A stretch of 64,000 nt of DNA from Klebsormidium nitens (lineage: Eukaryota > Plantae > Klebsormidiophyceae), in the NCBI GenBank assembly GCA_000708835.1, contig DF237232.1, forward strand, positions 49,307-113,306. Direction: 5' to 3'. Both the position numbers and the translations under genes were made by a program. The notes beneath the pieces are model-generated. The model searched no databases and was not told the origin of the DNA. It worked only from the letters and a program-made list of their open reading frames with translations. How positions within the stretch are numbered: position 1 is the first letter of the stretch; each line of letters starts with the position of its first letter. Positions 11,296-25,200 of this stretch are shown here, one piece after another.

Positions 11296-14200
11296 CTAGT
11301 TTTGGGAGCTGCACTCCGCTCTGCACCGCCCGCCCTGCGCGAGCCGGCCCTCGCATGCCAGGTAGTCCACCCAGTGGTCGCTGCGATTGCCCAGGATGCT
11401 CTTGCCGCCTGTCTCCAGCATTGGGAAGTTCTGTCGGGCGAAGCACGCCCCCCCCGAGAGCAGCTCCAGCTCGTCCTTCCTCAGCTCCGCCCCGGACTCA
11501 TTCACAAAGGGCGCCATCCCCTCCTCCCCCTCGACATCTGCCCGCCCCTGGAGGAGCGCCTCGAGGCGCGTGGCCCCCCGCCCCGTGTACTCGCGCGACT
11601 GCGCCACCTGCATGCTCCAGCTGGACTCGCTGGTCCCCAGGAACACGGCCCCGCGCTGGCTCACCTCCTGCTCCACCAAACTGATGAACGACGCGTGCTC
11701 GCGCAGCAACGCTCCGAGCACGTCCGCCCCCTTTTCTCCGACCTCCCGTTCCACTTGCGGTGTCTCCCCTATTCCGCTGGTAAACACTCTGGCCGCCTGT
11801 CGGGTAGGTTCAGTCTGCCCCGCATCGCGGCAGTGCTCGAGGACCACCACCCGCTGCACCGCGTCGTGAGCCAGCAGCCCCGCAATTGCTCGTTCCACCA
11901 GCCGGCAGCTCTCCGGCCCGCGGATGAAGCCGTCGGTGGATAAGAAGAGCGTGGCGAGCCCCGCCGCCCGCATGCGCTCCCCCACGGCCGCCACGAAGTC
12001 GTCCACGCTGACTCCCGTCACGACGGCCAGCATCGGATCACCACAGGACGCAGGCGAGAAGTCGGCCGCGACCTGCCGCCATGCGTCGTGAGGGGGGATG
12101 AGAGACGGAGCCCAGAGTGCGCCATAGTTGCAGCGCACAAAGCAGAGGTGGTCCGTCGGCTTGTCGCGGCAGCGCAGCTCCTCCACGCGCCAGTGCAGGG
12201 CCAGGTAGGGCGTACCACCGAGCAGCTGCTGCTGGACGTGGTCTGCGTAAGCGCGCACCTGCGGCAGGGACGGAGATGAGAAAGATGACAAACAAGGCAG
12301 GCCAATAAGCAGGCCGTGAGATGCGTAGACACGATATTCTCGGGGGTGAACCACGAAGGTGAAGGTCGAAGGCGGCCCCTGAGGCGATACACGAATCAAA
12401 AACTTCTGTCGTGTCTACCAGCCCGCTAGCCACCACCCCAAAGCATCGTTACTGAATTAGACATAACCTCGATGTAATCCAACTGCGAGTTCGTCAAAGG
12501 CACCAAATTTTGATGGGAATTTTGCTAGTCGAGAGAATTTGGTGGCAGAGAAGATGAAGAGGGGCTGAAACGGGGACACCGGAGTCTGGGCCACTTTCTT
12601 CGAGGATCTTAGCCACGTATGGGGCCGAAAGGTGCCACCTTTCTGCAAAACAAGGCCATCGGTGCTTAGGAAAAGTGATGGCTTTTCGACGTAAAGGGTT
12701 GACTGGTAGAAAGGCTGTCTCTTCATTCAAACAAGCGGTAGTGTAAGCTTACCTTGTCGGACGGCTTGACGCTGGAGTAGAAGAGCCGCCACGGCTCCCG
12801 GAAGCGAAGCCCCAAGAAGGTGGTGGTCCCTAAGCAGGCCACAGCGCGGGACGAGCTGAACCAGGCCTCCAGGCTGGCGCGGCTCGACAGGCTGGACGAG
12901 GACGCGCGGGGGGAGACCTGCGGGGGGAGGAACGAGGAAAGAGATGAGCGATCCGCCAGTTGCATGTGCGGGGCGAAGTTCATGAGGGTGCTGACATCAG
13001 CATCACGCAAGGTCAGCCTCTGCGAGGAAGGCCTCCGGTGTTCAAAGCAGGGGCGCTTGTTGGCCCAGAAAAAGCGGGTCGATCAACATGACACACCGCT
13101 CCTTTCCATATCCATACATGTGTTTGTCAGCCACTGTAAACGAGATACAGGCTTGCCATTCCCTATAGAAAGGGGCCGCATGTGGGGGGTAAGATTCCTC
13201 TGGCCTTACACCCAACACATAGGCCAAGGACATGGAATGAAGACCATTCTATTCACAACTTTTGATCCCGCCGTTTCAGGACAAAGGTCATGAAGAACCC
13301 GATTCATGACATTTTTGACCTTTGTGAAGCACTTTGAAGAACCCGTTCTCCAACGGACACATGCCATCCCTCCCCGTTCCGGCATCACTCACTTTCCTCC
13401 CTAGGCGCAGCCCATGCGCTGCTGCGTAGTCGTCCCATGTCGGGTACTTGAGGCCTGGCCCGCGCTCGAGGAAGTAGCTCTCCATGAAGTGCAGCTCCTC
13501 CAGCAGGCCCCCGCACGCGGCGGCGCACTCCTCCAGGGGCCGCACGCGCACCACTGGCCGCAGGCTGTCCACCAGAAAGTGGTCCGACCACCTGCAATGT
13601 GACCACATGGGGGCTTAGCAGGGCTGACAAATCCGCTCCAAGCGCAGTTCGTCCAATCCGGGGCAGGACCTCCCAGTAAGTAGAAGCTAAGATGTGACAC
13701 TGAGTGCTTCCAGTACAGCGGATTGGAAATGGAGCAAACCTAACTTGGTTCATTCCTTTATTTCACCACCTTCAGATGAAAAGCAGACTGTTGTGGGGTT
13801 TGACCTGCAGCAAGGTCTAAAGCCATGCCCCCCAGAACGCGTTTTACTCCAACATAGTGATTGACTGAGATCTCCCAAAGGTGTAGAGCCCAGTTGATGC
13901 TGGGGTATTTGCGGCTATGAAGAGGACGCAGGTTTAGGTGGGGCTCTCGGTAGAAGAAGCGTGGGGGAAGACATGGCCAGGGGCAAAAAGGGAGCAGAAG
14001 GGGTTGAAGGTGACCAAAGGCGACAGCTTTTCCCAAGAATGGGTGGCTAGAAGACTACACGCCCAAAACGTCGTCATGATGTCATCAGGTCCTATTGCAT
14101 GCACACGGTTTCATGTGGCGCCATCAGGCGGGGGTGGCAGCGTTTGACAATCTGCAGAGTGCTGCTTGGCAGCAAGTAATCATGTGATGTTTGGAACTGT

Positions 14201-14835
14201 AACTACAATGCTGGCCCAATGCTGATCCTCACGATGCTGATCACCACTCCAGTCAAGCTGTGGTGTCATCATTTGACCTTTGGATGTAAAAGCGAAGTTG
14301 GAAGAGCGCCTCACTTTGGCACTTGGTTCAGGTCATCCCCTCCCTTGTGTTCCTTGGGCTGGGCCAGCGGGTTGGCGAGGCAGAGGGTACGGTTGAGTAT
14401 GCGTGCAGTGTAGGCTGCAGAGATGAACTCCTGCAGCTGGTTCCCCACCCCCCACCTCTCGTCCACCATGGGGAACAGAAACTGCTCCGGCCCATCAGGG
14501 CTCGCGGCCCCGGCATCCCAGCGATCCCCCCTCGTGATGGACCCTTCACCGGAGCTGCTGAACGTGACCGTCTGCGTGACTGTCACGGACGTCTCTGCGA
14601 CCCACTGGCCCTTGCGCCACTTGAAGGCGGGTGTGCTGTTCTTGAGCAGTGCCAGGAGCTGCCCCGCCAGCCCCGCCGCGGGCAGGCCCAGCAGGCCCTC
14701 GTCCACAGAGCGCACGCCTGCGGGTTCGCGCCACTGGAACAATGGCACTGCAACCACCGCGGCCAAGAGAAGGAGGCCCACCAGAAAAGCGCGCAAATAA
14801 AGGCGGGCAGCGGAGGGCTCAGGGCTGATCGACAT
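11296..14835 (-). CDS. O-fucosyltransferase family (GDP-fucose protein O-fucosyltransferase-like) type II membrane protein, about 615 aa
   Basis: Exons 14315-14835, 13393-13591, 12753-12917 and 11296-12258 join in frame. N-terminal transmembrane segment (LYLRAFLVGLLLLAAVVAVPLF). Family motifs G.GNQLQEF..A...AR.LNRTLCL, YLALHWR, LFLSTD and VEQEV...G.VFLGT..SSWS. Confidence 0.8.
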
Positions 14836-15003
14836 TGTGGAGCCCCTGCATTACTCCAGGGACCACCATGGAGCAAGCAAATGGGTGCATGGCGGCCCTG
14901 CCATGGGCATTTCACAGAAGGACGAAGAGCAGGCGTTGCAGAATCCAGCAAGGAATTGCAAGGAAATCGCCTTGCACAATTGCACGTGCTGAAACGCACG
15001 GCA

Positions 15004-15060
15004 TTAGGGTTTCGGCAACTTTCGGCGTCAAATCAAAAACTTGAATTTAAATTAGGGTTT
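15004..15060. promoter_or_regulatory. Two telo-box elements (TTAGGGTTT, reverse complement AAACCCTAA) in a 455-bp bidirectional promoter
   Basis: TTAGGGTTT at 15004-15012 and 15052-15060, between the O-FucT ATG (14835, -) and the myotubularin ATG (15291, +). Telo-boxes are established plant promoter elements. Confidence 0.55.
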
Positions 15061-15290
15061 GAGAACGCACGTGACTTCAGAGCAATTGGCTGGGGTGCTG
15101 TGCACTACAATAGCAGCTCAGTGCCAGTAGCATGCGCTGGCAGTGCCCAGTTGGAGGTGAACATGTTCTTTTCCTTTCCTTGAAGAACAGCGATGATGGA
15201 GGATCTGTTCAGCGAGGTGTTCTTGGAGCTCTCAATGGCCTGTAGTCCTACATATGGGCCTAAGTTGGTGGCGTGATTTCAACCAAGCTA

Positions 15291-18200
15291 ATGGAGCTGT
15301 CCGACAGCGGCGGCCTGCTTGGCGGTCGTTGGCTGAGCGTTGAGGTGAGGCATACTGGCCACCGGTGGTTTTGCAGCGTGCAATTGTACAATGTCTTGTC
15401 GAGTTGATTACCTATCTTTCGATCGAAAACCTGATGCTGTTCGACATACTCATAGGCCCAAGAAGTGGCGAGCTCTCGGGCCACCCGTCCTCTGAAAAGA
15501 GTGATTCGAAAACTTTTCCAACCTGATGGTGCCAAATGTTATCCTCCCGCAGCCATCTGCCAGTGCTGCCGCAGTGTCTGAGATCACCGCCAATTTCCTG
15601 CTACCAAATGAGGGAGTTGTTGCACAGGTGAGCCCTACCCTGGTCACCTGTCACGTCGACCTTGTGACAAGACATGCGCTGTTTGTTCAGCTGACGAAAG
15701 GAAATTATACTCTCAGCTGAGCAGATTTTAGAGAAAGCTTTGAATGGCACTTTCCTAGCCGTGTGCTGCACAATGATCCTGGCCATCGTCACTTCCTTAC
15801 TGAACCTTGCCGTCCGCGACTGGGCAGGTCTACAATGTGACGCTGGTGAACACTGGGGAGGATGGCATGCTCCTTGTCACCAACTTCCGCCTCGCCTTCC
15901 TGGCCGCCGGAGCGGCGCTCTCTCCGGCCCCAATCGCGGATATCCCCTTGGCGCTCATCGACCGCGTCACCAAGAGCATCAGCAGCAAGACTGCTCTGGC
16001 ACTGGCGCGCGCACACCGCGGCTCCTATGGCGAGAATGGCGTTCGACTGATGCATGTGGCGGCTAAGGATTTGCGCCATGTGGTGCTGGCGTTCCGGCCC
16101 CACACGAAGCAGCGGCGGCTCATCTTTGACACACTGCAGCGCGTGGGCAAGCCGGCCAGGCTGCAGGAGCTGTACGCATTTGCGGGGAGCGCGGCACGGT
16201 CGACGGGGGGTGGGGGTCACACGTTTGGCATGGAGAACGCCTTTGGCCGGCTGCGCTCGGAGTACGAGAGAATCCTGCGACAAGCGGACGAGAAGCTGGT
16301 GAGGGATGCATGTTTGCCTGGGCGACAACCCAAGTTGACCATGTCTTTAAGGGCTCCGCTCACAGCTTCTCTTATATCAAACCCGCGGAGTTCTCTTTAT
16401 ACTGAATCCCTTTTCTAAACCATTTCAAATCTGTAGAATGAAGTTCCGTGTCTCGTGTGCAGCCCGCATCATCTGCCGGGCGGTGGCGCATCAGCGATGC
16501 CAACTCTGGCTACATGCTCTGCACGAGCTACCCCTCGCAGCTGCTGGTCCCTGCCCCCATCAGCGATGCGGAGCTGCAGGCGGCCGCCGCCTTCCGCGGG
16601 CGTGGGCGCATCCCCGTCATCACATGGGCGCACGCCAACGGCGCTGTCCTGGCACGCTCCGCACAGCCGCTGGTGGGCCTCATGATGAACAGCCGCAGCG
16701 AGGCGGACGAGGCTCTCGTGTCCAGCCTCTGGAGGAACACCGACGCAGGCCCTGCGAGCGGGAGCCAGCGGGGGTCCGGGAGCCAGAGCGTTGTGAGCGG
16801 GCAGGTGGGGGGGACGCCCACTCGGCAGGGCAGCTTCAGCGGGGTGCTGGAGGCGAGCCCGCGGCGGGCTCATCGGAAGCTGTACATCGTGGACGCTCGG
16901 CCGAGGAAGAACGCGTTTGCCAACGGGGCCATGGGGGGGGGTTCGGAGGGCGCCAACTACGCGCACTGCGAGGTGGTGTTCCTGGGGATTGAGAACATCC
17001 ACGCCATGCGCGAGAGCTTCAATTGCCTCGCGCTGTACATTGACAGCTACGGCGCAGGGGCGGGTTTCGACATGAGCCGGCCGCCCCCTCCCTTGGACAC
17101 GAGCTGGCTGGCGCACAGCGGCGCGCTGCTGGCGGGGGCAGCGTGGGTGGCGGGCAAGCTGCAGGAGGGCTCCTCCGTGCTGGTGCACTGCAGCGACGGG
17201 TGGGACCGCACTGCGCAGCTCACCGCGCTCGCGCAGCTGCTGCTGGACGGGCACTACCGCACCTTCGACGGCTTCCGCGCCCTGGTGGAGAAGGACTGGC
17301 TGGCGCTGGGGCACCCGTTTGCGGAGCGGCTGGGCCTGCCGGACGCCAGCGCGGCGGGGCAGGGCAGCATCAACCTGGGGGCCAGCATGTGGGAGAGGCG
17401 GCCCAGCGACGGAGGCACGCAGGACGCACGCAGGTGAGGGGCGGGGGGGCATTTGTCACAGCCTTGGCAGCAGACGCTTGTGTCGATGCCAACGTTTGAG
17501 AGCGGCGTCTCGAATTGAGTGAAATCGCTCCCGTCACTTGGGCAAAATGAAGTAGCGTGGAGCCGAGTTGACAGGCTCCCTGTCGCCACGTCTCGAATCC
17601 CAGAGCATAACGACTGCGTCTTTCCAACATGCTTCTAGGTGAAACTGCCGCCGCCTGCTGGTTGTCGTCCGTCCGTCTAGGGGGACAATTTTACGCTTCT
17701 GTTTTCAATAGTCGACTTCGTACGTCGTCCAGTCAGAGGCAGATATGATGCAGTCCTTGCTAAACATTTGATTCGGTTCGCTTCTTTTTTTGGATTGTTT
17801 TGGGCGTCTCTGGAGCGTTGATAGGTACACTGCATCAACAAAAAAATTGGCCCTGGACTTAAAGTGGAACATTGGCCTGTGAAATCTCCATGTAGTCCCG
17901 CTTGTTAGCTTCAACCCGTGATTTACTCTTCTGGCTGGAGGGCAGGAGTGTCAATGGATGAGTTTCATTTCTTGTAACTCTGAAGCTCCTTGCTCATGGC
18001 CGTCGGCATGGAGAAAAGGAAAGACGTTTCGGCCAGCGCGAAGATTGCATGCTCGCAGCCGCCACTTCTGTGCAGCTGCAAGTTTCGTCCGTTTGTTGGC
18101 ATCGTCTTTTCTGTGCAGTCTCAACCGGTATTTCACGACAGTGGTACTTTGACTTCTCCATAACCTCTACAGCGCGATCGTCTCCTCACCCATGCACCTA

Positions 18201-20264
18201 GTCGACAATCACCAATCTCCACTCTGTTTTTTGGCTGCTCAGGTCCCCTGCCGCCGCCGCCGCCTCTGCTGCCGCTGCCGCCGCAGTATTGGGCGCGGCC
18301 CCGGTGGGCGGCCACAACAACGCGGCCAACCAGGCGCCCATCTTTGCGCAGTTCATTGACTGTGTGGCGCAGCTGCTGCGGCTGTACCCGCGCGCCTTCG
18401 AGTTCAGCGCGGCCTTCCTGGTGGACCTGCTCGACTGCGTGCACTCGTGCCGCTTCGCCGACTTCGTGTGCAACAGCGAGGCCGAGCGCGTGCTCCTCGC
18501 CACGCACCAGCTGCCGGCCGCCTGGGACGCGCTCGCCGACAAGCGCTCCTCCGCCAAGGGCCACGCGCACCGCAACCCCTTCGCGGCCGACCGTGAGCCC
18601 CCGCCCCCTGCCAACGACGTGCTTCGTGTGCTAGGTGGAAAACGAAAGACTGCCTTAATATGTTGGCTTCTTTATCAGCACCGTCAGAGTTTCCTCCACC
18701 TCCTTAGCACCCGTTCCTTAGACTCCCCTTCTCCCCAACGCGTCCTCTGAGGTCAGACTGACGAACCAATCTCTTCGCTGTGGTTTGACCCGCTTGTCCG
18801 TGCCGCGTGCAGGGTACACGGGTCCGCTGTCCCCCGCCCCGGCGTCGCTGGTGCCCACGCTGTGGGCGCGCTACTTTTTGCGGTGGCAGGACCAGGGCCG
18901 CGCCGACCTGGGCCCCGGCCAGCTGGCGGCGCTGGACCCGGTGGAAGGGCTGGCCACACAGTTCGAGGTCGCGCTGCTAACCAACAAGAAGGTCAGGATG
19001 ACCTTGTATTGGTTTCCTTGTGACCAGAGTGTGCGGCGATAGCAGTGGTTATAAGTGAAAGGGTAAAGGGACCACGTAAGGGGGGCGTGAGCAGGTCTCA
19101 GCACTAAGCAGTGTTTCTGCTGCTTATGCTCATGAAACGAGGAAGTGGCCCAGATCGCAGTCCTGTCGACCTTCACTGGTGTTCTGCAATTGGTTGACAT
19201 ACTTCGCCGGTTCGCTTGCTGAAGCTCGCGGATGCCTCTCATAAACGCCGTTCCCCCGTTCAGGCCCGCAAGGAGGCGGAGGCGCGCGCGCACGCAGCGG
19301 CGGCGCGGGTACTGGACCTTGAGGCGAGCCTGCGGGAAGAGACGGTGCGGCGGCGGCAGGCCGAGACGGCCGCCAGGCGGGCGCAGAGAGAAGTGAAGGC
19401 CATGCGGCAAGTGATGGCGACCATGGGCTGCCAGTGCAGGTGAGGAGGGCAAGCGGCGGGCAGCCCGAGAGAACGAGGGCCGTTAGTGGAGAGGGGGCAG
19501 GCCCCAGCAGCGGAGGGGGGCGACAGGGCCTTCCCATACTGTTGGCCTGCAAAAGGTCGTCCGTTGCTGAGACAGGCCAGCTGCCCGGGAATACGAACTG
19601 TCAGGCGATAGCTCTGCTGGACCTGAATGCTACAAGATGATTATGACAGCAGTGTCGCTTGTTTAAGAAAGCCTGACCGCAGTCTTTCTGCGTGGCCTCC
19701 CAGGGTGTCCCGCGAGAACTTCGGCACTGCGAGTTGGGAGGAGAGCGAGCGCGGGTCGGTGGACGACGGGGACGCGGGGTCGTCGTACCACTACGTGCAC
19801 CACGACGCCGGCAGCGGGCCCACCGACGTGAGCGCACCTTGGGGCTTGCGCTCTGAGCGAACGGAAGGCGAATCTGGTTGAGGGGGTCCGATGGAAAGCG
19901 GGGCTCTAGACAACCTCTTGATGGCGACTTATAGTTGTGAATGTGATGATTGTTCTCCTTGGTATTGGTTTCGTGGACCTCACGCTGGCTGGCCTGCCTC
20001 GGGGTGCAGGAGCCGTTGTCGGTGTCGGTGACTGCCCTGGACGACAGCAGCGACGAGGGGTCGTGTACCGGGAGCCACCGCACGCAGTTCCTGTCCAGCT
20101 GGCACAGCAGCGACTGCAGCTGGAGAGCGGCGCGAGGGAGCTGCTCGCGGGCTGGCAGCGACTTTGCGGGATTGAAAGTGGATTACGACGCGTTTAGAGC
20201 AGTGCCAATCGTGCCAAGTTACTTTGGTAGAGATCGTTCTGTAGATAACCTGGACCATGGATAG
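15291..20264 (+). CDS. MTM1: Myotubularin phosphoinositide 3-phosphatase, about 884 aa
   Basis: Nine phase-consistent exons: 15291-15344, 15553-15627, 15828-16298, 16463-17433, 18243-18592, 18813-18991, 19264-19439, 19704-19827, 20010-20264. GRAM-like LLVTNFRL, then RGRIPVITW, ARSAQPLVG, DARPRKNAFAN, an intact catalytic VHCSDGWDRT, APIFAQFIDCV.QLLR.YP.AFEF, a coiled coil and a plant-type C-terminal F.GLK.DYDAF. Confidence 0.96.
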
Positions 20265-20869
20265 AAGTCGCAAGTTGTCTGAACGCTCCTCAAAGAGCAC
20301 GTGAGATACATGTCGGTGATGCTCTGCTTTGCTCGACTGACATCGTGTGGTGCGGCAGCAGCCCAGAGCGCCAACAAGTCTGCAGACAGAGATCCTCGAT
20401 GGTCGCCTGGCCGCCGAGTCTAGCTTGATCAACTCAGCTCGCTTAGTAACTCTGGTCCCATCCAAGGTACCGGCCACGCGGGGATGTGTAGTGTCAACAT
20501 CTAATCCAAACTCGAAGAAGCATCCGGCTGCTGCTTTGTACAGTCATTGAAATCGCTTGAGAAGATTTCCGGAAGCAAACGGGCAGTTCATCATCAGCCC
20601 AAACAATTGATTCCATCAAACCATGGTACTAAGTCAGTAGCTTTTACACAGGTGCCAGCCACTGGCCGGGGCGGCCCTGATTCGGGAGTTTACGCTGACT
20701 CGCATGCAACCGCAACCCATCGGTTCCTCAGGGAGTGAATTCAGTATGCACCCTTATTTATGGCACTGGAGGTGCGCATTCTTGCACTCTTGTCATTATG
20801 TTCATGCAACGTCCGCGGACTTGGGGTGGGCTGCTTTATTCAACATAAGATTTTGTGCCATGTGTACAC

Positions 20870-22130
20870 ATATACTTGAGCGGTGACTAGCCGGGGTTTC
20901 TGTACGGTCATGCATGCAGATCTGCAACCTTAGGCCCTGCACATGACGTGCCGCGGACCATCCGATGCGATCCTGGCCGGCCGGCATGGGCCCGGGCGGC
21001 GCACGCGATAGCCGACATGATCTACAACCGGTACCGCAAGGGCAAGGACAAGGAGAAGTCATCTAATCGGCGACGCATATTCAAGTGTCAGGCTAGGCTA
21101 GCTCGGGCAATGTAACACGCACGACCGAGTAGCGTAATTCGATCCGATCACTTCGTCGCATTAGAACATTTGCATTGCATAACCATGATGCTTCTCATGC
21201 CTACCATGTTAGATTGAATGCTTGTTAGCGTACATGTAGGTTAGGCTTTGCAGATCGATCGCTGGACATGACTGGCAGCCATAGCAAGCTGCGGGGTCAA
21301 CAAACTATCCCGGGTATGCCGGAGACCGTGCTCCATGGCCATGGTGGCTAAGGACGTTAATAATTTAGAAGTTACCATCATATTATATGCATGTCCATCA
21401 TGAAGTATATACCGGAGTACGTGTTAATTCTGCAATCTGATCCATGCCGATCCATTTACTTGCATTGATCGATATCTTAGCAAACATTGCTGTACGTTAT
21501 AAGCCAAATTATAGCTATAGTATTACTTTAGTATAAACCGCGCGGGCTGCGCGCGTATACTAGATATCAAGCTCGCGATCGCAAGTCCGATCATCGGTTC
21601 AGCATGTGCCACATGTGCAAACAAAGTTTTAGTGGCGAAAAACTTAACTTCATGTCGAGTCTGTGTACATGTCAATGCCGCCGGGCTGCCCGGCCGGGTG
21701 CATTATGCCGGCATCGAGTCCGGTCACATGCAACAAGCTAGAACTTTACGTTTCCAGCCATCTTCAATGTCGGGAGCTCTGCGCCACATCGGTCGAAATT
21801 AGCTGGGCCCAGGCCTATAGCACAGCTAGTGGCATATTCGGTTTGCATGCGAGTCAGTTGACAACGGGAGGCTCCAGGAATCTTGTCAGCTGCATGCCAA
21901 GCAGCCCCCGCGGAGGACAATTTTGGTGAGTGTCGGATCGGTCTGTAGCGTTGTCTATGCTCAACGAGCAGTCTTTGTAAAACATTGTTGAACTCCCGCA
22001 TAAGCAGCCGCAACTCCATGAAAAACTGCAAATCCCAATTTTAGAGTCACAAAACTTGACTGGTCCAGGCTCGCTCAGCCAAGGACCAAGGTACTGAGAC
22101 CTATCATGGGTTGACTCGGATCGATTATCG
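20870..22130. other. Palindrome-dense convergent spacer tract C
   Basis: Lies between myotubularin (+) and HUS1 (-). 22 palindromic 4-mers in 21481-21600, for example TTATAGCTATAG, CCGCGCGG, GTATACTAGATATC, TCGCGATCG. Boundaries are approximate. Confidence 0.75.
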
Positions 22131-22241
22131 CTAATTAACTTGTAAAGGAACTGAGCTTCGCGAAATGCTCTCGCCTGGTGTGATCTCTTACTTCAATCTT
22201 TATTAGCATCCCTCCACATGCAATCCAGATCATTCTTGCGT

Positions 22242-25200
22242 TTAATCATCTTGCTCAAGAACCGGAAGACGGTATTGTAGACTGATTGAGTCGTCGGTCA
22301 AGCGTGTCCCCGGTGCAAAATATTGGAACATCATTAGCAGGCACGCGTTTCCAGGGGCAACACCTGCACACGTACGACTCTGCGTCAATGGGGTGGTATG
22401 CCAGTCCAGAACGTTGCGGGATGAGATCAAATTGAGTCCGCCACTGCCCTGGCTTTCGCGTTTGCTGCCAGTCCTCAAGGACAAGCCGGAGACTGCATAT
22501 CAATAGGACCAGGATACAGGGCAGCAGAGGAATGGTTACCTTGCTTAAAAAGAAAGAACGGCACCCCACCGTATTCTCGACCAATAGAGCTTCCAGTGAA
22601 ACTCACCAGATTCTAACTCGTGTACTCTTACTCACTGTTCTTGTGCACTTTGTTCAAAGAATTGCAGTCTCCCAGAGGAACGACCGCTCACAACAGAGAC
22701 CACCAAATTCTCCTGTCCTCTTCGACTTTGTCCTAGCATGCTGCTCGTGTCATTACAGGCAATTGTAGAATGCGAAGTTTCCAGCCACATTTCTTGCTCG
22801 AGGCTCCAAGGAACATTCTCGGAGCTCTTTTTCTTGAGCTTGAGCTTTGACTCACCACAGTAGCACGCATCGGGCTTCGTCAAATGACACTGCAGACTTC
22901 GTACAAAGTGCTTCATGTTGACCTTCTGCAAAGACCGACCAACGTCCCAGTCATTATGAGACTTGAGAATGCCAAGCTGATCAGAGAATTAGAGGACGGG
23001 CGCAGAAGGTGGCAGAGCGGCGTATTATTGTCTGGACAACCTGAAGCTGTTTTGGAGGGAGGCTCTATGGCAGCGCATACCACGACGGAAGCCTCCCCTT
23101 GTTCCAAGGCCCTTTGCAAGCGCGCACTTCCTTCAACCGTGTCGTCAACCGGGGCTGCAGCTCCTGCAAAAGGACAGCCCGGGTTGATGGGCAGTCACAT
23201 GAGAGTATCAGGAAATTGGCGAGGGTTTCCCTAAAGGAGCGCATGCTCCCTGCGGATGTGCTTTGGTCATATCACTCTCAGGAGTGTATCGCGCGACAAT
23301 TCAAGTTTCTCGGGTTTCACGGTTAGGCAGACTGTTCCGAGGAGTGAGCGCCAACCGTCCGTTAGTACATTTACCGGCGTCCCTGAGGGGCGCACAGTCC
23401 CCCACAATTTCGAGGGCGAATTCTGGGGGACAAATCATTGATTTCAGTCCCGGAGGGACGGTACGCTCCAGAAATGCTCATATGTAACCGCCCTATGAGC
23501 TCAGGCATGACACGGGACCCTTCAAAAGCTCGCCCTGAGCCGCATCGAGAAGGGCATGGGCAATCTTCGGACGATGCCCTCAGTGACAACTCGACAGCGA
23601 CAACTTAACAAGAAACGACCGGGAGTGTTATATGAAATAAAAGCGAGATGGGAACGAACGAAATGGACGGCAGTTTGCAGAGGGCATGGAACGCAGGGAC
23701 CGGCGGCGGCCAGCCAGATCAGGCAACCAGAGTGTGGCCCCGAGCATTGGCATCAAACCGACAACTTCAACATGGATAAAGCGCGACGTAGAGCCATTGA
23801 TTGTTCTCAGCGCAACAGTGTCACGATTATACAACAGATGTACGCCACGAAGTGCTTTCCATTGGGTCGATTGTCTCGTACAGACAAGCTATTCCGGGTC
23901 CGCAACCTCCTCCACTCCTTGCTCAACCAAGGTCTTGTCAGGGACTCAACCGCAGAAGCACGTCCCAGCACAGCCAGGCCAGTGTGATGAGGCCCACCTC
24001 GAATCCCCAGCACGCGCAGGTGCCGGAACTGTGTCCCGATGGAGACAAAAGCGGTGATGACGCGCAGGAAGAGGTCCCCCGCCTGGGTGAGCCCCACGTC
24101 CAGCACCTCCCCCACCGCCTTCAGCCGCTCCACCAGCGCCTGCAGCGCCACCAGGTCGGGCAGCCCCACCAGCGTCTGCGCACAAAGACGGTCGGGCCGC
24201 TTGAGCCACTCTTGAGGGAAAGAGAGGACGGGCCTAAAAGCGGGCACGCTACTGTAATCAACACTGGGATACAAATGGAGCGAGTGGCTTCAACACTGTT
24301 GCTTTTGTCCAGACAATCCATAATTTGCAACTTGAGCCTAGAGAGTCACCTCAGGGAGAGCAGAAAGACAACAAAAGTTATATCTTGTGAGAGAGCGTCA
24401 GAAAAAGGTTTGATTGACCTGCTCAATCGGTGAAGTCAGGAGACGAGAAAGCCATGAAAGAGCGATGAAGATCCATAAAACTGACTGGTGGCAAATCTTG
24501 AACAGCATCCAGGGCCGCCTGCAGGTCCGCCACATCGGCTCGGGAAAGGGGAGGAGAGATGGGAACGTCTTGGAGGATAGCGCTTCGGTAGCCCTGCACA
24601 AAGCCAACGGCAGAGGGCTCAGGGCACCGTGGCGATGTGGTGTCAAGAAGGAGAAAGAAGTGCACCGAAAACCATGGCATCCGAATCGCGGTAGTGCATC
24701 CAAATAGAAGAACAGGGTCACAGGGGTCTGTCTATAGGATAAGCAGATGTTATGTTCACATTTAAGTTTGGAAGTGAAGGCCTACAAGTGATTTCTTGCA
24801 GAAGAGGAGACTGTGGCTTAAAGGAGACTCTGGCTTCCCGCACCTTGCTTTCGAAGGTGAGAAACGGCATGGACTTTTCTGTGAGGCTGGCCCGCTTCTT
24901 GACCAGCTTCACCTGGAGCTTGTCTCCATCCATCGCAACACTGCTGCGCAGAGCACGCAGGAGGAGGGACAGGTCCACCTGGAATGCAATGCAGTCATTG
25001 TTCTGACTGCTGATGCGGTAGTCATCGAAGATTGCGTCCTGCAGGGGCAGAGAAGAGCCACGCAAGTGGGGCATGAGTAAAATGGAGCATGCAAATTGCA
25101 ACTTTCTAACAGGTGCAAGTCTGGTTCAGCAACAATGTCAGGGGTTCAAGGGAAGTTCTGCTTGAAAGAGGATGGTTCCTGGGGGCGGCCCTGACGAATG

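Noticed and set aside
16469-17452. Long antisense ORF (327 aa) opposite myotubularin, and similar ones at 11302-11943, 14323-15183, 2916-3737, 24121-24330 and 28552-29146
   Set aside because: These are shadow ORFs caused by high GC at third codon positions. The translations are low-complexity R/P/A/G strings with no recognisable motif.
23556-23987. 143-aa ORF inside the 834-nt HUS1 intron 5
   Set aside because: It has no recognisable domain or terminal repeats, and its composition is intron-like.
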